Source of the DNA: a virus
Virus record (IMG/VR): IMGVR_UViG_3300019776_000521
Location: 9,556-73,555 of that record
Length of the DNA: 64,000 nucleotides
Reading direction: 5' to 3' (one strand)
Position numbers and translations under genes: made by a program. The stretch's first letter is position 1. Each line of letters opens with the position of its first letter. Under the pieces are notes generated by a model. The model made no database searches. It saw only the letters and a list, made by a program, of their open reading frames with translations, and was not told where the DNA came from. Shown here piece after piece: positions 27,529-38,159 of the stretch.

Positions 27529-27860
27529 CAGTGGCTTGCTTGGTTAGAATGCAAGCCCGACTCATCCCCGTAAGGGATGGCCATCAAGCAAGCCACTGAG
27601 CCTGGTAGTCGCGCTCCGGGTCGTTTCAGATGACAACAGCCGCAAGGCTAATTGGCAGTGGCTTACTTGATGGTGATTCGTAGCACAGCCGATCCTGTGT
27701 GTAAGCCCTTGTCGTAACCACATGCCAATGTGGGGGCTACGATTGGCCACCATCACCCAGCAGCGGTAATACACGATTTACCAGTGTGAGCCGAGTCTTT
27801 TAGTAGATAGGCAAGCAACAGCACAAGAAAATTCGTGTGACATCCCGGAGAGAGACGGGA
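27529..27860 (+). ncRNA. Candidate structured non-coding RNA
   Basis: 17/18-bp stem 27581-27598/27656-27673 enclosing three hairpins; further hairpins; possible sigma70 promoter; terminator downstream. Confidence 0.5.
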
Positions 27861-27862
27861 AG

Positions 27863-27895
27863 AAACCCCCCAGGTAACACTGGGGGGTTTTTCTT
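27863..27895. terminator. Probable bidirectional terminator
   Basis: AAACCCCCCAG-GTAACA-CTGGGGGGTTT between convergent units. Confidence 0.85.
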
Positions 27896-30800
27896 TTACT
27901 TCACAATTGCCATCGCAGTGTGCACCGTAGCCAAGTTGTCCAGTGCACCAAAGTACTGGAAAGCTCCAGAGTGCAATGGATTGTTTCCAATGTGCTGCGT
28001 AAACGAACTATCCAGAACGATGGGTCCGAGTTCCATGTAATGATTCAGTGCAATGGCTGACAGTACACGGGCCGGGTTCTCCCTGGCCAGCTTCAGCAGC
28101 ACCCGTTGAATGCGTAGGAAGTACTTGGTAAATGGCGTCAGGCCCATGTCGTCCGTGTACTGCAAACCACGGTGCATCGGGATGTCGTAGTTCACAAAGG
28201 CATCCGACGCTTCCTGAATTGCAGCTTCACGGCTCAACGGGTTCGTGCCCCTGCTCACCAGGTGCTGGTACAGCGTGTACCGAGCCACGAAGTCCGACAG
28301 CTGTGTAATGCGGCTCAGAGTCTGGTACATGTTGGTGTCATGCGTCATGTACACCGCCCTGCCTGCAGCACGAATCTTGGGGTTCAGCCTGCTGGTGAAC
28401 TTCTCCGTCTTTCTCACAAACTCACTCTTGTACGAGTAGATGTTTTCCTCAGCAGCAAGATCTTCCACGATCGTAGGCATCAGCCCTGCTTCAATCAGTT
28501 CCTTGACCGGATTCCTAGCAATCGCGTCTTTCAAGCGAACGATTTCATCCTTAATTTCCTTTTCCTTACCCAGTCCGTAATCGACCTCCAGCATCGTCTG
28601 CAGATCCGCCAAACGCTGGCTATCTCTCTGGTATGCCGTAGCACCTTTCAACGCCACCAGGTGATGCTGCAATACGTCCTTCAACGACACGCCTGACATG
28701 GCAAGCAGCGACAAGTTCGACCAGATGTTCCCAAGCATCACAAAGCCAGTCTTGACCACAATGATGTCTTTGGTCTCGGCTACCAATTCCTGCCATGCAC
28801 GTTCGCCCCTGGTGATCACTACGGCTGCTCTCTTGGCGTAATCCTCTGCGTCAGCTGCAGACAAGCCATGCCGCATGCCTGCGTAGTTTGCAAGCACTGT
28901 CTGCACCACATACACAAACAAGCCTTCCAGCTTGTTTCGTGCATCAGGATCCTTCTGGAACATCGACGCCAAAGTCAGCTTGCGATACCCAAACATGATG
29001 TCCAGTGAATCGCTGCGCACCTTCATGCCGTCCCTACCCCACACTGCCCTGATGTCTTTCTTCGTAGCATCAGGCAGTAAATCCCAGATCGCACGCATCT
29101 CAGGATCAGTGCTCCGATCGCCAACTTCAACGTAAGAATCCTTGCGGGTTGCGTACTCCAGTTCGTACTGTTCACGCAATACAGTGACTGCTTTTTTGTT
29201 CTGTTCCCGACTGGTCTCCTTGTCGTAGATCGAACCAGCAATCACACCGATCAGATTCTCAAACCTGTTGTCCCGCTCAAGCAGGTTGTCCTTGGTGGAC
29301 TCAGCCATCATGTAGCGCCAGTTCACGATCGCACCTGTCTCGTTGTAGACAGGAATCATGTGGTTTTCTCTTTCAGCTGACAGATCCCTACGCGGATCAC
29401 CCATACCTTGCATAGCAGCCAGCTTTTCGTTGGTGATGGTCGCTTGCATGCTTGCATTCTCAAGCCCGTTCAGCGTGTTCACGTTTACGTAGCCGCTGTG
29501 CTTTTTGCTGCCCCTAGACTTCATGCTGGACAAGGAAAACGCACCCGAAAGCCAAGGAGACAAGCCACCGTCCCTGAGCACGTAGATTCGCTTAGTTTCG
29601 GTATCCGGGTCAGCACGATCGTTAGACACCAGTGCGCCTGCCGAGTAGCCCTGGTTCACAAGCTCCTTGCCTTCTGCCTCGGTAGCAATCTTGATCGCTG
29701 TATGCGGGTTTAGGATCTCCGGCGTGTAGCCATGGATCATCAGCGCAGGATTGCCTTTGAACAACCGTTGTAGCGACTCCTCTTCCAGCTGCTTGTGCAG
29801 CTTCAACAGGAACTCAACACCGTTGCCATTGTTATCAGTTCGACTGTTTTCAGTCCTGAAAACTTCTTTGGCTTGGCTCAAGTGGTCACCTGCTGTGTAC
29901 TTCAAGGCGTACAAAGAGATCAATGCTGCAATCACAGGCTCTGCCTGTTTTGCTTCAGCCTCAGAGATCTGCCGCTGGTACTGAGTGTTGGCCATCCTGG
30001 AGATCAAGTGTGCATTGAGCATCAGCACAGGAATTCTGGCTCGTCCAGTTGCTTTGAAGTAACCCAAACCATTGATCTGTTCGATGTACTTGTCTTTGTA
30101 TTTAGAGGTCAGCTGAGACTCAAAGTTTTCAATGGCTTTGTCTACTGCCTTGTAATCCCCAACCAGCTTCTCCAAATCAGCAACGCTGTAGTGATTCAGC
30201 AAGTTGTGCAAACCAGTTCTTAGAAACACAGCAGACACTGCAGCTTTGGCTTCCTTGCTCATTGCTTTGCCATTCTGAAACACGCTCAGCACAAGCTTCG
30301 AGTGCTGCGTGATGATGTTCTTGCGCTCACCTTCATGGCGCTTGGTTTCACGCAGCAGAGCATTGAACTTGTCCAACGGTCCCTTCAGTTCATTGAGCAA
30401 ACTTGCTGCAATGCCTTGCCTGCCTTTGAACTGCTGATCACGAAGAATTTTCAATCCGTCAATCACTTGCTCCACCCGATCATTGGCAATGGTTCGAGCT
30501 ATGCCCCCTGCTGCTTGAACAAACGCATTGCCGTTGTTACGAACAAATGACGAACCAGCAAGGTCACCTGCTTTTTCCCGGATGCCATCTGCCAGCGCTT
30601 TGACGCCTCTTTCAACTGGTTCAAGAATGCTGCGCTCTGTTGCACGCTTCTTGATGAGCACTCGCTTTTTGGCTTCGATGTCCACCAGCTGGCCAACCAA
30701 CGCTTCCAGCTTGGCGTCAGCGTTCTGACCAGCGTAGGTGTGCGTGAACTTCTCATTGAAGAAATTCAAAATGCGCTCAAAGATGCTTTCGAGCTTCTCG

Positions 30801-33800
30801 GTGAACGTCATGTCCTGGGCTGCTTTGCGTGAAGCAACCTTGGTTGCTCTTTTCAACAGCGTATTGAACTTTTCGCTGGCCAGGCCCAGGGCTGCAAATC
30901 GAGCCAGGTAATCCGAGCGATCGCCGTTGTTGCTCTCCAGCTTGAACACAAAGTCGTAGTCTTCCTGGGACGCAAAATCCGATGGCTTGAGCGTATTGCG
31001 CATTTCAAGGTACAGATCAGCCAGCTGCTTGTAGGCAATCTTGGTTTGGGACTCGTTGCCGTTCAACGCTGCCCGCACGGTGGCTTCCACCTGCTGCATG
31101 GCAAAGTCTTCCTGTGCACTACCTGCAAACCCAGACGCCACAATCGATGATGCAAAGGGAGCGTTGCCTGTTTCCATGGCTTTGAGCCATACCGCCAAGG
31201 GATTGCCTGCCTCGGTCTTGCGCATCTGCTCTGCAAACGCACCAAACGGGCCGTGGAGCTTCTCTACGATGCCACCCAGTAGGTTGGCCAGGTGCTCCTG
31301 GAACGAAGGCTCTACGGAGCCATTGGCCAAGGCGTTGTGGATGTCCAGGGTCGTGTACTTGTCGATCTGCTCGACGGTCTCCTGAGCAAGGTTCAGGTCG
31401 GCGTTGCTTGTCTTCTTTGCTTGAGCCGCTTCCGCAAACAATCCCGACACATTTGCAACCAGCACAGCCATGCCGTTGTTGAGATTCTCGTCAGGCTTTT
31501 TGAACAGCAGTTGCGTCAGCGTAGCGATGAACTTCTTCATGCCGGTGATCAGCGAGGTGCTGCCGGTCTTGGACTCCATGGTGATCTTGCTCAGCACATC
31601 ACGCTGCAGGCCCAGGTTGGTCATGCCCCAAGCCACGAACTCTTGAACGTTGGCCAAAGCTGCCGTGTAGTCGTTCAGTCCGTTTTGCTTTGCATACTCT
31701 TGAGCCTTGACCCGCAGAGCTTCAAGCTCAGCCACCAGTGCTGCTGCTTCGCCGGTTGGCTTGTCGATCACCCGTGCAATCGCTGCGTGCACCAGTTCAT
31801 GCAGCAATGTTTCGGCTGTCAAACCAGAGTTCTGAAACTCTGGACTGAGTACGTAGATTTCCTCCTGGCCATTCTTGACGACGTACCACCCACGGGAATT
31901 GGTTGTGGGCTTTTCCAGAACCATGCTTTCCGCTGTCTCGGATGTCACAAACTTGATCTTCAAGTCAGGGCTAACCACCCGACTGACCAAAGCCAGGATC
32001 TTGCGATTGATTGCATTCATCCGTCCAGGTGCACCAAGCAGTGCAATCACTTGGGACGCCGAGGCATTCGGATTGGCTTTGAAAAACCTGACCAGATCGC
32101 CATCACTTTCAATCTTTGGCGTACCGATTGGTCCAAACAGACTATCGGCAGTAGCAACAGGCTTCTCGGTTGCAGGAGCAGGCTTTTCGGAAACACTCAT
32201 GCCCAGGGCTTCAGAGATGATCACAAGAGCTTCTTGTTCCTTGGCAGAAAGCCCCTCTTTCAACGCAGACTGCATTGCTGCAGCATCACTACGATCGGCT
32301 TCGGTGACTTCGTAATTGCCACCTTCGAGTGCGTACTGATCAACCGAACCCATCTGGCTCAATGCTTCAAGACGCACACTGTCTGCGCTGAAAGCCGTGC
32401 TTGTTGCGTTTTGCAGCATGTCGCTCAGCACCGTGTCAGGGCTCATCTCGTTCTCACCTGCAAACTTGTTCAACGCTTGCGTGAGATTCTCGACAACCTG
32501 AACAGGAAGATCCTTCTGAGCCAACAGCTCAGACAAGCCAACAACCGTGCGAGACAACATGTTCGCCATCTCCGTTGCCGGAGAGTAGTTCAGCAGTGCA
32601 CTCCAAGTAGCTTGATTCAGGTTCTGTGCTGTCTGACTAAATCCGCCCAAACCAGATCCATGAGCATCATGGATGTTTAGCACTTCATTGCCATCTGCAG
32701 CGTTGTGTGAGATTGCAGAGTCCAGCGAATGCGTGGACATCACGACCATTGCTACGCCAGGATTGCTTTCGATCGTTTCAAACGCAGTAGCTTCGACCGA
32801 TGATTGCTCAACGTAGCCGCCTTTCTTCTTGCTCCAAACCTTGGTTCCTTTGATTGCAGAACCAAACTTGACATTGCTTTTGAACGTGCTGCGAGTGCTG
32901 AGCTTGCGGCTTGATTTCGATGCAAACAGGCCAGCACGCAAGGAACCACTTTCCTTGGACATGAGCGTGTGCATCACAGGAGCAAGCTTGCTCACTCGTT
33001 TCTTGAGTTCTTCCTGCTGCTTGAGTGTCAGATCGTGAATCGGACGGTTCTTGCTATCTACTGCAATTTCACCAGACGCCACCAACTCAGCCAGGTACGC
33101 ATCACGCAAGCCCATGTACGCTGCGTTGTACAGCTCGAATGAGAACTGAGCACTCTTGTTCAGTGCATCGCGTTTGCTGATGAAATTGCCAAAGTCAGCG
33201 GACATTGTTTCCGACACTGCTTTGCCCAGCGTGTTCTTGAAGCTGTTCTTTAATGCCTTGATCTGATCTGAATCAAACTCGTAAGCAAGCAGCTTTTCCA
33301 CAGACATCAATGAAAGCTTGGCGCCATCACCACCCCTCAGCAATACATTGATGTTGTTGATAGTGGCTCGAATATCTGCTTTGCCTGCAGCCACATCTTC
33401 CATGCTGGAGTAGATGGATTCAATAAAGCCATCGGCCATGCTGTCTACAGCCGAACCAACAGAGGAGCCAAAGATCATCGCCGTCAAAGGCGTCTTGATG
33501 ATGTTTCGACGCTTCTTGAGAATCTCAGGTGTCTCAAGAGTCAGATTCCCGGTAAACGCATACACAGCGTTCAAAGTTGCACCAATCTTGCTGTCTTTCA
33601 GCAGCATCTTCTGCACGGCATTCGTCATGTGCAATGCAGTGATCTCGTATAAATCTTTGGCACCAGGCTTACCACGCCAAACGTTGTAGTTGGTGTTGGG
33701 ATTGCTTTTCTCGAAGAACCCACCACGATTGAGCAAGCCAAACAAATCCTTCACAGACTTTGCTGCACCAAGCAGGATATGGCTCAGCATGGGGCCATTG

Positions 33801-36800
33801 GTTACCCCGTCTACCTCGCCCATCATCTGAACGGAAAAGCTGTTCTTGCCATCAAGCTGCGCTTGTGCTTCCGTAGCCAAAGCCATCAGTGCATCCAGCG
33901 AATGAAAATTCATTCCGCCTTTCTTGACTCCAGCAAGCAGGACTTTTCCTTCTTCTGAAGTGATGCCACCTTCAAACACTGTCTTGCGCAACACTGCTAC
34001 AGCGGCTTTGATCTCCGGCTGATTGACGTAGGATTCATAAGCAGCCAACGAAGTCTTGTTGGCTTGCTTGTCTGTCTTGACTCCCAGACCTTCAAGAACC
34101 CTGAGCCGAAAGTTGTCCATCTGATCGGCATTGCCCATATCGACCATCGTGGTCCATGCGTTGCGAAATAGCATGAAGCGATGGATCTTGCTGGTCTGCG
34201 GATTGATGACGTTGGTGGCAATACCAACTCGTTGCTGCTTCCACACCGAATGCTCAAAATACATTGGAGCTTCGATGTCAGCCATGCTTTTGACAAACTC
34301 CATGAACCTATCCAGTTCACGAAGCAGCCCATCGTTCTTTGCCTGCAAACCTGGCTTGTTGACTGCATGAGTTTTGGTGTCGGAAATCTCAACGACACCT
34401 GCAATGCCTTGAAGCACATCGTCACCAAGCTGCGTGATCAGCTGCCACATGTCTTGCCGCACATAGTTGGCTTCTGCATTCTTGGCAGCAACAATCTTTG
34501 CAAGCTTCTCCGGTACGTTCTGGTTGGTGTTGCGTGTCTTTTTCTGCACAAACGGAACTGGCTCAAGGCTGGGTTCCTTCAAACCAGACTCTACTGAAAA
34601 CAGCTTGTCGAGCACTCCTTGCGAACCAATGGATGCCTTGACGATCCGCTCTGCATCAGCAGGCAAAGTGCTCTGCGCATTCCTGGCAAGTTTGACGAAA
34701 TGAAATTCTGCGTTCGTGTTCGTGCTTTCCTTGTTCGTCAACGCAGCCATGGTCTCACCTGAGACTGTTGACCTTTCAAGCAGTCCTAGATCCATCATCA
34801 ACTTCCATGCATGTGCACCCAGGGAAGCTTCCAGGTCAGGCATCAGATTGACTGGGGCATCCTTCGACACTTTGAAACCAAGCGCCTGTACAACTGCTTG
34901 GCCAAGCGAGTTGCGCACCAGGTTTTCCCTTACGCCTACGTTGCCGAGCACCATGCGTTCAGCTTGCGAGACGCTGACAGTTTCATCCCGATCGAGAATC
35001 GCGTTGATGTCTTCGTCAGTGTTGTACAGATTCTTGGATGCAGCTTCTGCAACCCAGCTGAACACTGCATAGCTGATTGCAGTCTTCACATTCTGATCAA
35101 CATCTAGCTTTCCATCGTTCTCTTGGATCAGGTACTGCATCATGTCTTCGTACCGGAACTCTTTGGTACGAGCACTCAGATTCTTTTGAATCAACCCTTG
35201 CCATTGCTGGTTCAGTTCTTGAAACAGCTGCAGCACTTCTTGCTGCTTGCCGCTGAGAGACTTGATGCCAAGGAAATCCAGAACATTCTGAGCACCCTGG
35301 CTCAGGAAGTTTTTCACCTTCACTAAAGGCCGCTCAGTCAGATCGCCTTCACGACTGGCTTGCTGAGTGAAGAAGTCTGCAATGAGGTTACGAAGAGGAA
35401 ACGATGTCCCCTCCGTGGACTTTTCCTGAAGCGTCGTAACAGCACCAGGCTGCGTAGACAGTGCACTTGCGACCTCTTCAGAAACTGGAACAACCTCTGA
35501 AGGGGTCGTGCTAGTCTGCTCAGTAGACTGCAGTTGACCTTGATTTGTCTCAGGAGACGCAACAGTTGTCCTAGTAGAGCCGGAGGCTCCTACAGACGCA
35601 GCAGGCTCACCCGAAACACTTTCTACGGTTTGTCCAGCGGCGGATTCAGTTGCTGCGGTTGCTGGTACTGAGGGGTTGACGGCTCCTCCTTCAACTCCTC
35701 CGGTCGGCTGACTCGTACCTGCTTCAGTCGAGGGCGCAGTTTCTGTGCGATTCGGACTGGCTTGTAATCCTTCGAGTGTTTGCGATACGTTCGAGACATT
35801 ACTGACTCCATTGGAAATAGGTTGGGCAAACTTCAGCCCGTAGGCTGCTCGAAGCTCTGTTGCCGCCTTGGTCAGTGCATCCGATTCAATCTGAATGTTA
35901 TCAACAATTTTGGTGCTGTTCCTGACAATATCCAGGCCACCATTTTGCTGACGTTCTTTTTGACTGGGCCATTTCCCAGTTTCAATCGACCAGCTTCCAT
36001 TGCCATCACTAACAATGCGCCGCTCCTGCCCGTCTTTCTCAAACAGGGCTTTTGCTTCAGCAGCCACTTGTGCTTTCTGCTGATGGTCGCTGACAAAGTT
36101 GTCCAGCAGCTGCAACTGCGCAGTAGCGGCTTTTGAGTTGTTTGCTGCCAGTGCAGTCGTGACATTGGCTCGGTATTGCTGAATACCGATGTTCCCTTTG
36201 CCGCCATAGAAAACCTCCTTCGAGACCTTATCCATGGTCTTGAGTTGGTTCTCTGCTTGCCGTGCTTGCGTGAATGCCCGCAGGTAGCCCCGCTGCGGGT
36301 CCGTCAGGCCGTTTGTCGTGTCATTGGCAAGCGACGCAGCCAGGTTGGTATCCAGGCGCTCTGGCGTGGCCATAGACAGGTTGATGATGCTGTCCGCTGC
36401 AGCCTGTGAAGCTACCGGATCAGCAGCAGTGATCTTTGCAGCCTCAGCTTCTACATCCAGCTCCTTGGATTGGTTTTCCTGATTGAAGTTATTCAGCACC
36501 TCCTGAGCTGATGCAATCTGCTCATCAAGCCGAGAGATCTGCTTTTGCAACCTTGGACCAGCGTCTGTCTCCTTGGCCAGGGTTGCAAGTTCAGCTTCCA
36601 GAGCATCGACGGTAGGCTGATCTCCAGCTTCTCTGGCTTGAACCAGTTGAGCCATGTAGCCAGCCACAGCTTCAGGCGAGATAGAAGCGTAGTTTTCTTC
36701 TGCTTTTTGTTTCTGCTCAAGCAGATCAGACACGATGCCCGATGCCTGCTCAAACTTTGCTTGTTTCAGTTCGGGCGTAGCGGTCGGCAATTGGCTGTGG

Positions 36801-38092
36801 CCATACAAAGCCGATACAGCCTGATCTGGGGCGTAGGACGGGCTTTTGGGATCCAGGAAGGTAGTGACATCACCTGAGACAATCGCAGCTTGTAGGGCTT
36901 CTGCTTTCGTTGCGTCGGCTACTTTCTTTTCAAATTTAAGCAGAGACATTTCGGATGCAGACTTCAAAGTCTGAATACCACCACCCATGATTCCGCCCAT
37001 GAAGGCACCCTGACCAGCAGCAGCACCAACGCCATCAAAAAGCTCTTGTGCTGGCTTAATCTCCTTGACTGCAGAATTTCCAAAATAGCGTCCGCTACCC
37101 TCTTCTATTCCTTCCTGCCCAGCTTCTCCAACAAATGCTTTGGGTACAGCAACAAAACCACCTGCTTTCTTGCCAATCAGAGCTTTCTCAATTGCAGTAC
37201 CACCAGGAAGTGCAGAAGAAAACAACGAAACTGCTCCTGCTTTAAGCGTAGCTTCTCCGGCCAACTGCGATGCAATAGCTTGCTTGGCTTGTTGAGGACC
37301 AAGGCTTTCAGCCAAAGCTACATACTCAGGGTTTTGATCCCAAACAGCATCAGGCAACGACATCATTCGCTGCATCGTGTCTGAACCAACATCGACACCT
37401 TGCAACACAGCGCCCGTACCAACAGCAGCAGCTGTGCCACTCTTTTCCACAGCAATCTGTCCGGCTTTGGTTGCTGCAACTTTAGGCAGTGTTTTGGCTG
37501 TAGCAGCAGCAGCTAGTTCAGCACCACGACCTACTTTGCTCATCACTCCCAGTTGCGCTGCTTGTTGAGCCAAAAACTCAGGAATGCTTCCTGGGTCTTT
37601 TGCAGCTTCCCAGAATGCAGCACCAAACTCTGCAGCAACTTGCCCAGCTACACCTGTTACGCCATCACCTAAAGCTTCCCGTGCTGCTTTGCCCGCTTTG
37701 CCAGCAACCACTGCTTTTTCTTGATTTTTGGCTTGAGCAAAAGCTGATTTCAGTTTTTCTCGTTCATCAGACATTTTGCTGATGTCTTGTGTTTCAGGCC
37801 CGTACCAATCACCAGTGGTAGCTTTGTCGTAAACCATCGCTGGCAACTTGGCCAGTCCATCGATACCTTGAACAGCTGACAAAGCCAAGTCTTTTGTGTA
37901 GTCCCCCCACGACCTACCTTCATCAATGGCTTGATCTCTGGCTACTTGCGCAGTGTTTTGCGCCAACGCTTGCCGGTAAGTTTCCAAGCCAGCAAGCTTC
38001 TCTTGACGAGCTTGAAGAATTTGATCAATCTTTTCAGGATTCGGCGCACCATACTTTTGAAGCAAATACTGATCAACATTGAAGGTGGCCAT
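27896..38092 (-). CDS. Virion-encapsidated RNA polymerase (N4 gp50-like), 3398 aa
   Basis: Size; EVDGVTNG (motif A), RNIIKTPLTAMIFG (B), IHDA (C); HELVH zincin-like motif; no Cys seen downstream of MATFNV, while the listed 5' extension has several. Confidence 0.95.
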   Translation of the reverse strand: MATFNVDQYLLQKYGAPNPEKIDQILQARQEKLAGLETYRQALAQNTAQVARDQAIDEGRSWGDYTKDLALSAVQGIDGLAKLPAMVYDKATTGDWYGPETQDISKMSDEREKLKSAFAQAKNQEKAVVAGKAGKAAREALGDGVTGVAGQVAAEFGAAFWEAAKDPGSIPEFLAQQAAQLGVMSKVGRGAELAAAATAKTLPKVAATKAGQIAVEKSGTAAAVGTGAVLQGVDVGSDTMQRMMSLPDAVWDQNPEYVALAESLGPQQAKQAIASQLAGEATLKAGAVSLFSSALPGGTAIEKALIGKKAGGFVAVPKAFVGEAGQEGIEEGSGRYFGNSAVKEIKPAQELFDGVGAAAGQGAFMGGIMGGGIQTLKSASEMSLLKFEKKVADATKAEALQAAIVSGDVTTFLDPKSPSYAPDQAVSALYGHSQLPTATPELKQAKFEQASGIVSDLLEQKQKAEENYASISPEAVAGYMAQLVQAREAGDQPTVDALEAELATLAKETDAGPRLQKQISRLDEQIASAQEVLNNFNQENQSKELDVEAEAAKITAADPVASQAAADSIINLSMATPERLDTNLAASLANDTTNGLTDPQRGYLRAFTQARQAENQLKTMDKVSKEVFYGGKGNIGIQQYRANVTTALAANNSKAATAQLQLLDNFVSDHQQKAQVAAEAKALFEKDGQERRIVSDGNGSWSIETGKWPSQKERQQNGGLDIVRNSTKIVDNIQIESDALTKAATELRAAYGLKFAQPISNGVSNVSNVSQTLEGLQASPNRTETAPSTEAGTSQPTGGVEGGAVNPSVPATAATESAAGQTVESVSGEPAASVGASGSTRTTVASPETNQGQLQSTEQTSTTPSEVVPVSEEVASALSTQPGAVTTLQEKSTEGTSFPLRNLIADFFTQQASREGDLTERPLVKVKNFLSQGAQNVLDFLGIKSLSGKQQEVLQLFQELNQQWQGLIQKNLSARTKEFRYEDMMQYLIQENDGKLDVDQNVKTAISYAVFSWVAEAASKNLYNTDEDINAILDRDETVSVSQAERMVLGNVGVRENLVRNSLGQAVVQALGFKVSKDAPVNLMPDLEASLGAHAWKLMMDLGLLERSTVSGETMAALTNKESTNTNAEFHFVKLARNAQSTLPADAERIVKASIGSQGVLDKLFSVESGLKEPSLEPVPFVQKKTRNTNQNVPEKLAKIVAAKNAEANYVRQDMWQLITQLGDDVLQGIAGVVEISDTKTHAVNKPGLQAKNDGLLRELDRFMEFVKSMADIEAPMYFEHSVWKQQRVGIATNVINPQTSKIHRFMLFRNAWTTMVDMGNADQMDNFRLRVLEGLGVKTDKQANKTSLAAYESYVNQPEIKAAVAVLRKTVFEGGITSEEGKVLLAGVKKGGMNFHSLDALMALATEAQAQLDGKNSFSVQMMGEVDGVTNGPMLSHILLGAAKSVKDLFGLLNRGGFFEKSNPNTNYNVWRGKPGAKDLYEITALHMTNAVQKMLLKDSKIGATLNAVYAFTGNLTLETPEILKKRRNIIKTPLTAMIFGSSVGSAVDSMADGFIESIYSSMEDVAAGKADIRATINNINVLLRGGDGAKLSLMSVEKLLAYEFDSDQIKALKNSFKNTLGKAVSETMSADFGNFISKRDALNKSAQFSFELYNAAYMGLRDAYLAELVASGEIAVDSKNRPIHDLTLKQQEELKKRVSKLAPVMHTLMSKESGSLRAGLFASKSSRKLSTRSTFKSNVKFGSAIKGTKVWSKKKGGYVEQSSVEATAFETIESNPGVAMVVMSTHSLDSAISHNAADGNEVLNIHDAHGSGLGGFSQTAQNLNQATWSALLNYSPATEMANMLSRTVVGLSELLAQKDLPVQVVENLTQALNKFAGENEMSPDTVLSDMLQNATSTAFSADSVRLEALSQMGSVDQYALEGGNYEVTEADRSDAAAMQSALKEGLSAKEQEALVIISEALGMSVSEKPAPATEKPVATADSLFGPIGTPKIESDGDLVRFFKANPNASASQVIALLGAPGRMNAINRKILALVSRVVSPDLKIKFVTSETAESMVLEKPTTNSRGWYVVKNGQEEIYVLSPEFQNSGLTAETLLHELVHAAIARVIDKPTGEAAALVAELEALRVKAQEYAKQNGLNDYTAALANVQEFVAWGMTNLGLQRDVLSKITMESKTGSTSLITGMKKFIATLTQLLFKKPDENLNNGMAVLVANVSGLFAEAAQAKKTSNADLNLAQETVEQIDKYTTLDIHNALANGSVEPSFQEHLANLLGGIVEKLHGPFGAFAEQMRKTEAGNPLAVWLKAMETGNAPFASSIVASGFAGSAQEDFAMQQVEATVRAALNGNESQTKIAYKQLADLYLEMRNTLKPSDFASQEDYDFVFKLESNNGDRSDYLARFAALGLASEKFNTLLKRATKVASRKAAQDMTFTEKLESIFERILNFFNEKFTHTYAGQNADAKLEALVGQLVDIEAKKRVLIKKRATERSILEPVERGVKALADGIREKAGDLAGSSFVRNNGNAFVQAAGGIARTIANDRVEQVIDGLKILRDQQFKGRQGIAASLLNELKGPLDKFNALLRETKRHEGERKNIITQHSKLVLSVFQNGKAMSKEAKAAVSAVFLRTGLHNLLNHYSVADLEKLVGDYKAVDKAIENFESQLTSKYKDKYIEQINGLGYFKATGRARIPVLMLNAHLISRMANTQYQRQISEAEAKQAEPVIAALISLYALKYTAGDHLSQAKEVFRTENSRTDNNGNGVEFLLKLHKQLEEESLQRLFKGNPALMIHGYTPEILNPHTAIKIATEAEGKELVNQGYSAGALVSNDRADPDTETKRIYVLRDGGLSPWLSGAFSLSSMKSRGSKKHSGYVNVNTLNGLENASMQATITNEKLAAMQGMGDPRRDLSAERENHMIPVYNETGAIVNWRYMMAESTKDNLLERDNRFENLIGVIAGSIYDKETSREQNKKAVTVLREQYELEYATRKDSYVEVGDRSTDPEMRAIWDLLPDATKKDIRAVWGRDGMKVRSDSLDIMFGYRKLTLASMFQKDPDARNKLEGLFVYVVQTVLANYAGMRHGLSAADAEDYAKRAAVVITRGERAWQELVAETKDIIVVKTGFVMLGNIWSNLSLLAMSGVSLKDVLQHHLVALKGATAYQRDSQRLADLQTMLEVDYGLGKEKEIKDEIVRLKDAIARNPVKELIEAGLMPTIVEDLAAEENIYSYKSEFVRKTEKFTSRLNPKIRAAGRAVYMTHDTNMYQTLSRITQLSDFVARYTLYQHLVSRGTNPLSREAAIQEASDAFVNYDIPMHRGLQYTDDMGLTPFTKYFLRIQRVLLKLARENPARVLSAIALNHYMELGPIVLDSSFTQHIGNNPLHSGAFQYFGALDNLATVHTAMAIVK

Positions 38093-38129
38093 ATAGTCTT
38101 TCGGTCTGAAGGAAGTGGTAGCTATTCTA

Positions 38130-38157
38130 AAGAAAAAGCCGGGAGTTACCCGGCTTT
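38130..38157 (-). terminator. Terminator-like hairpin upstream of vRNAP
   Basis: Minus strand AAAGCCGGG-TAACT-CCCGGCTTT followed by TTCTTT. Confidence 0.7.
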
Positions 38158-38159
38158 GA

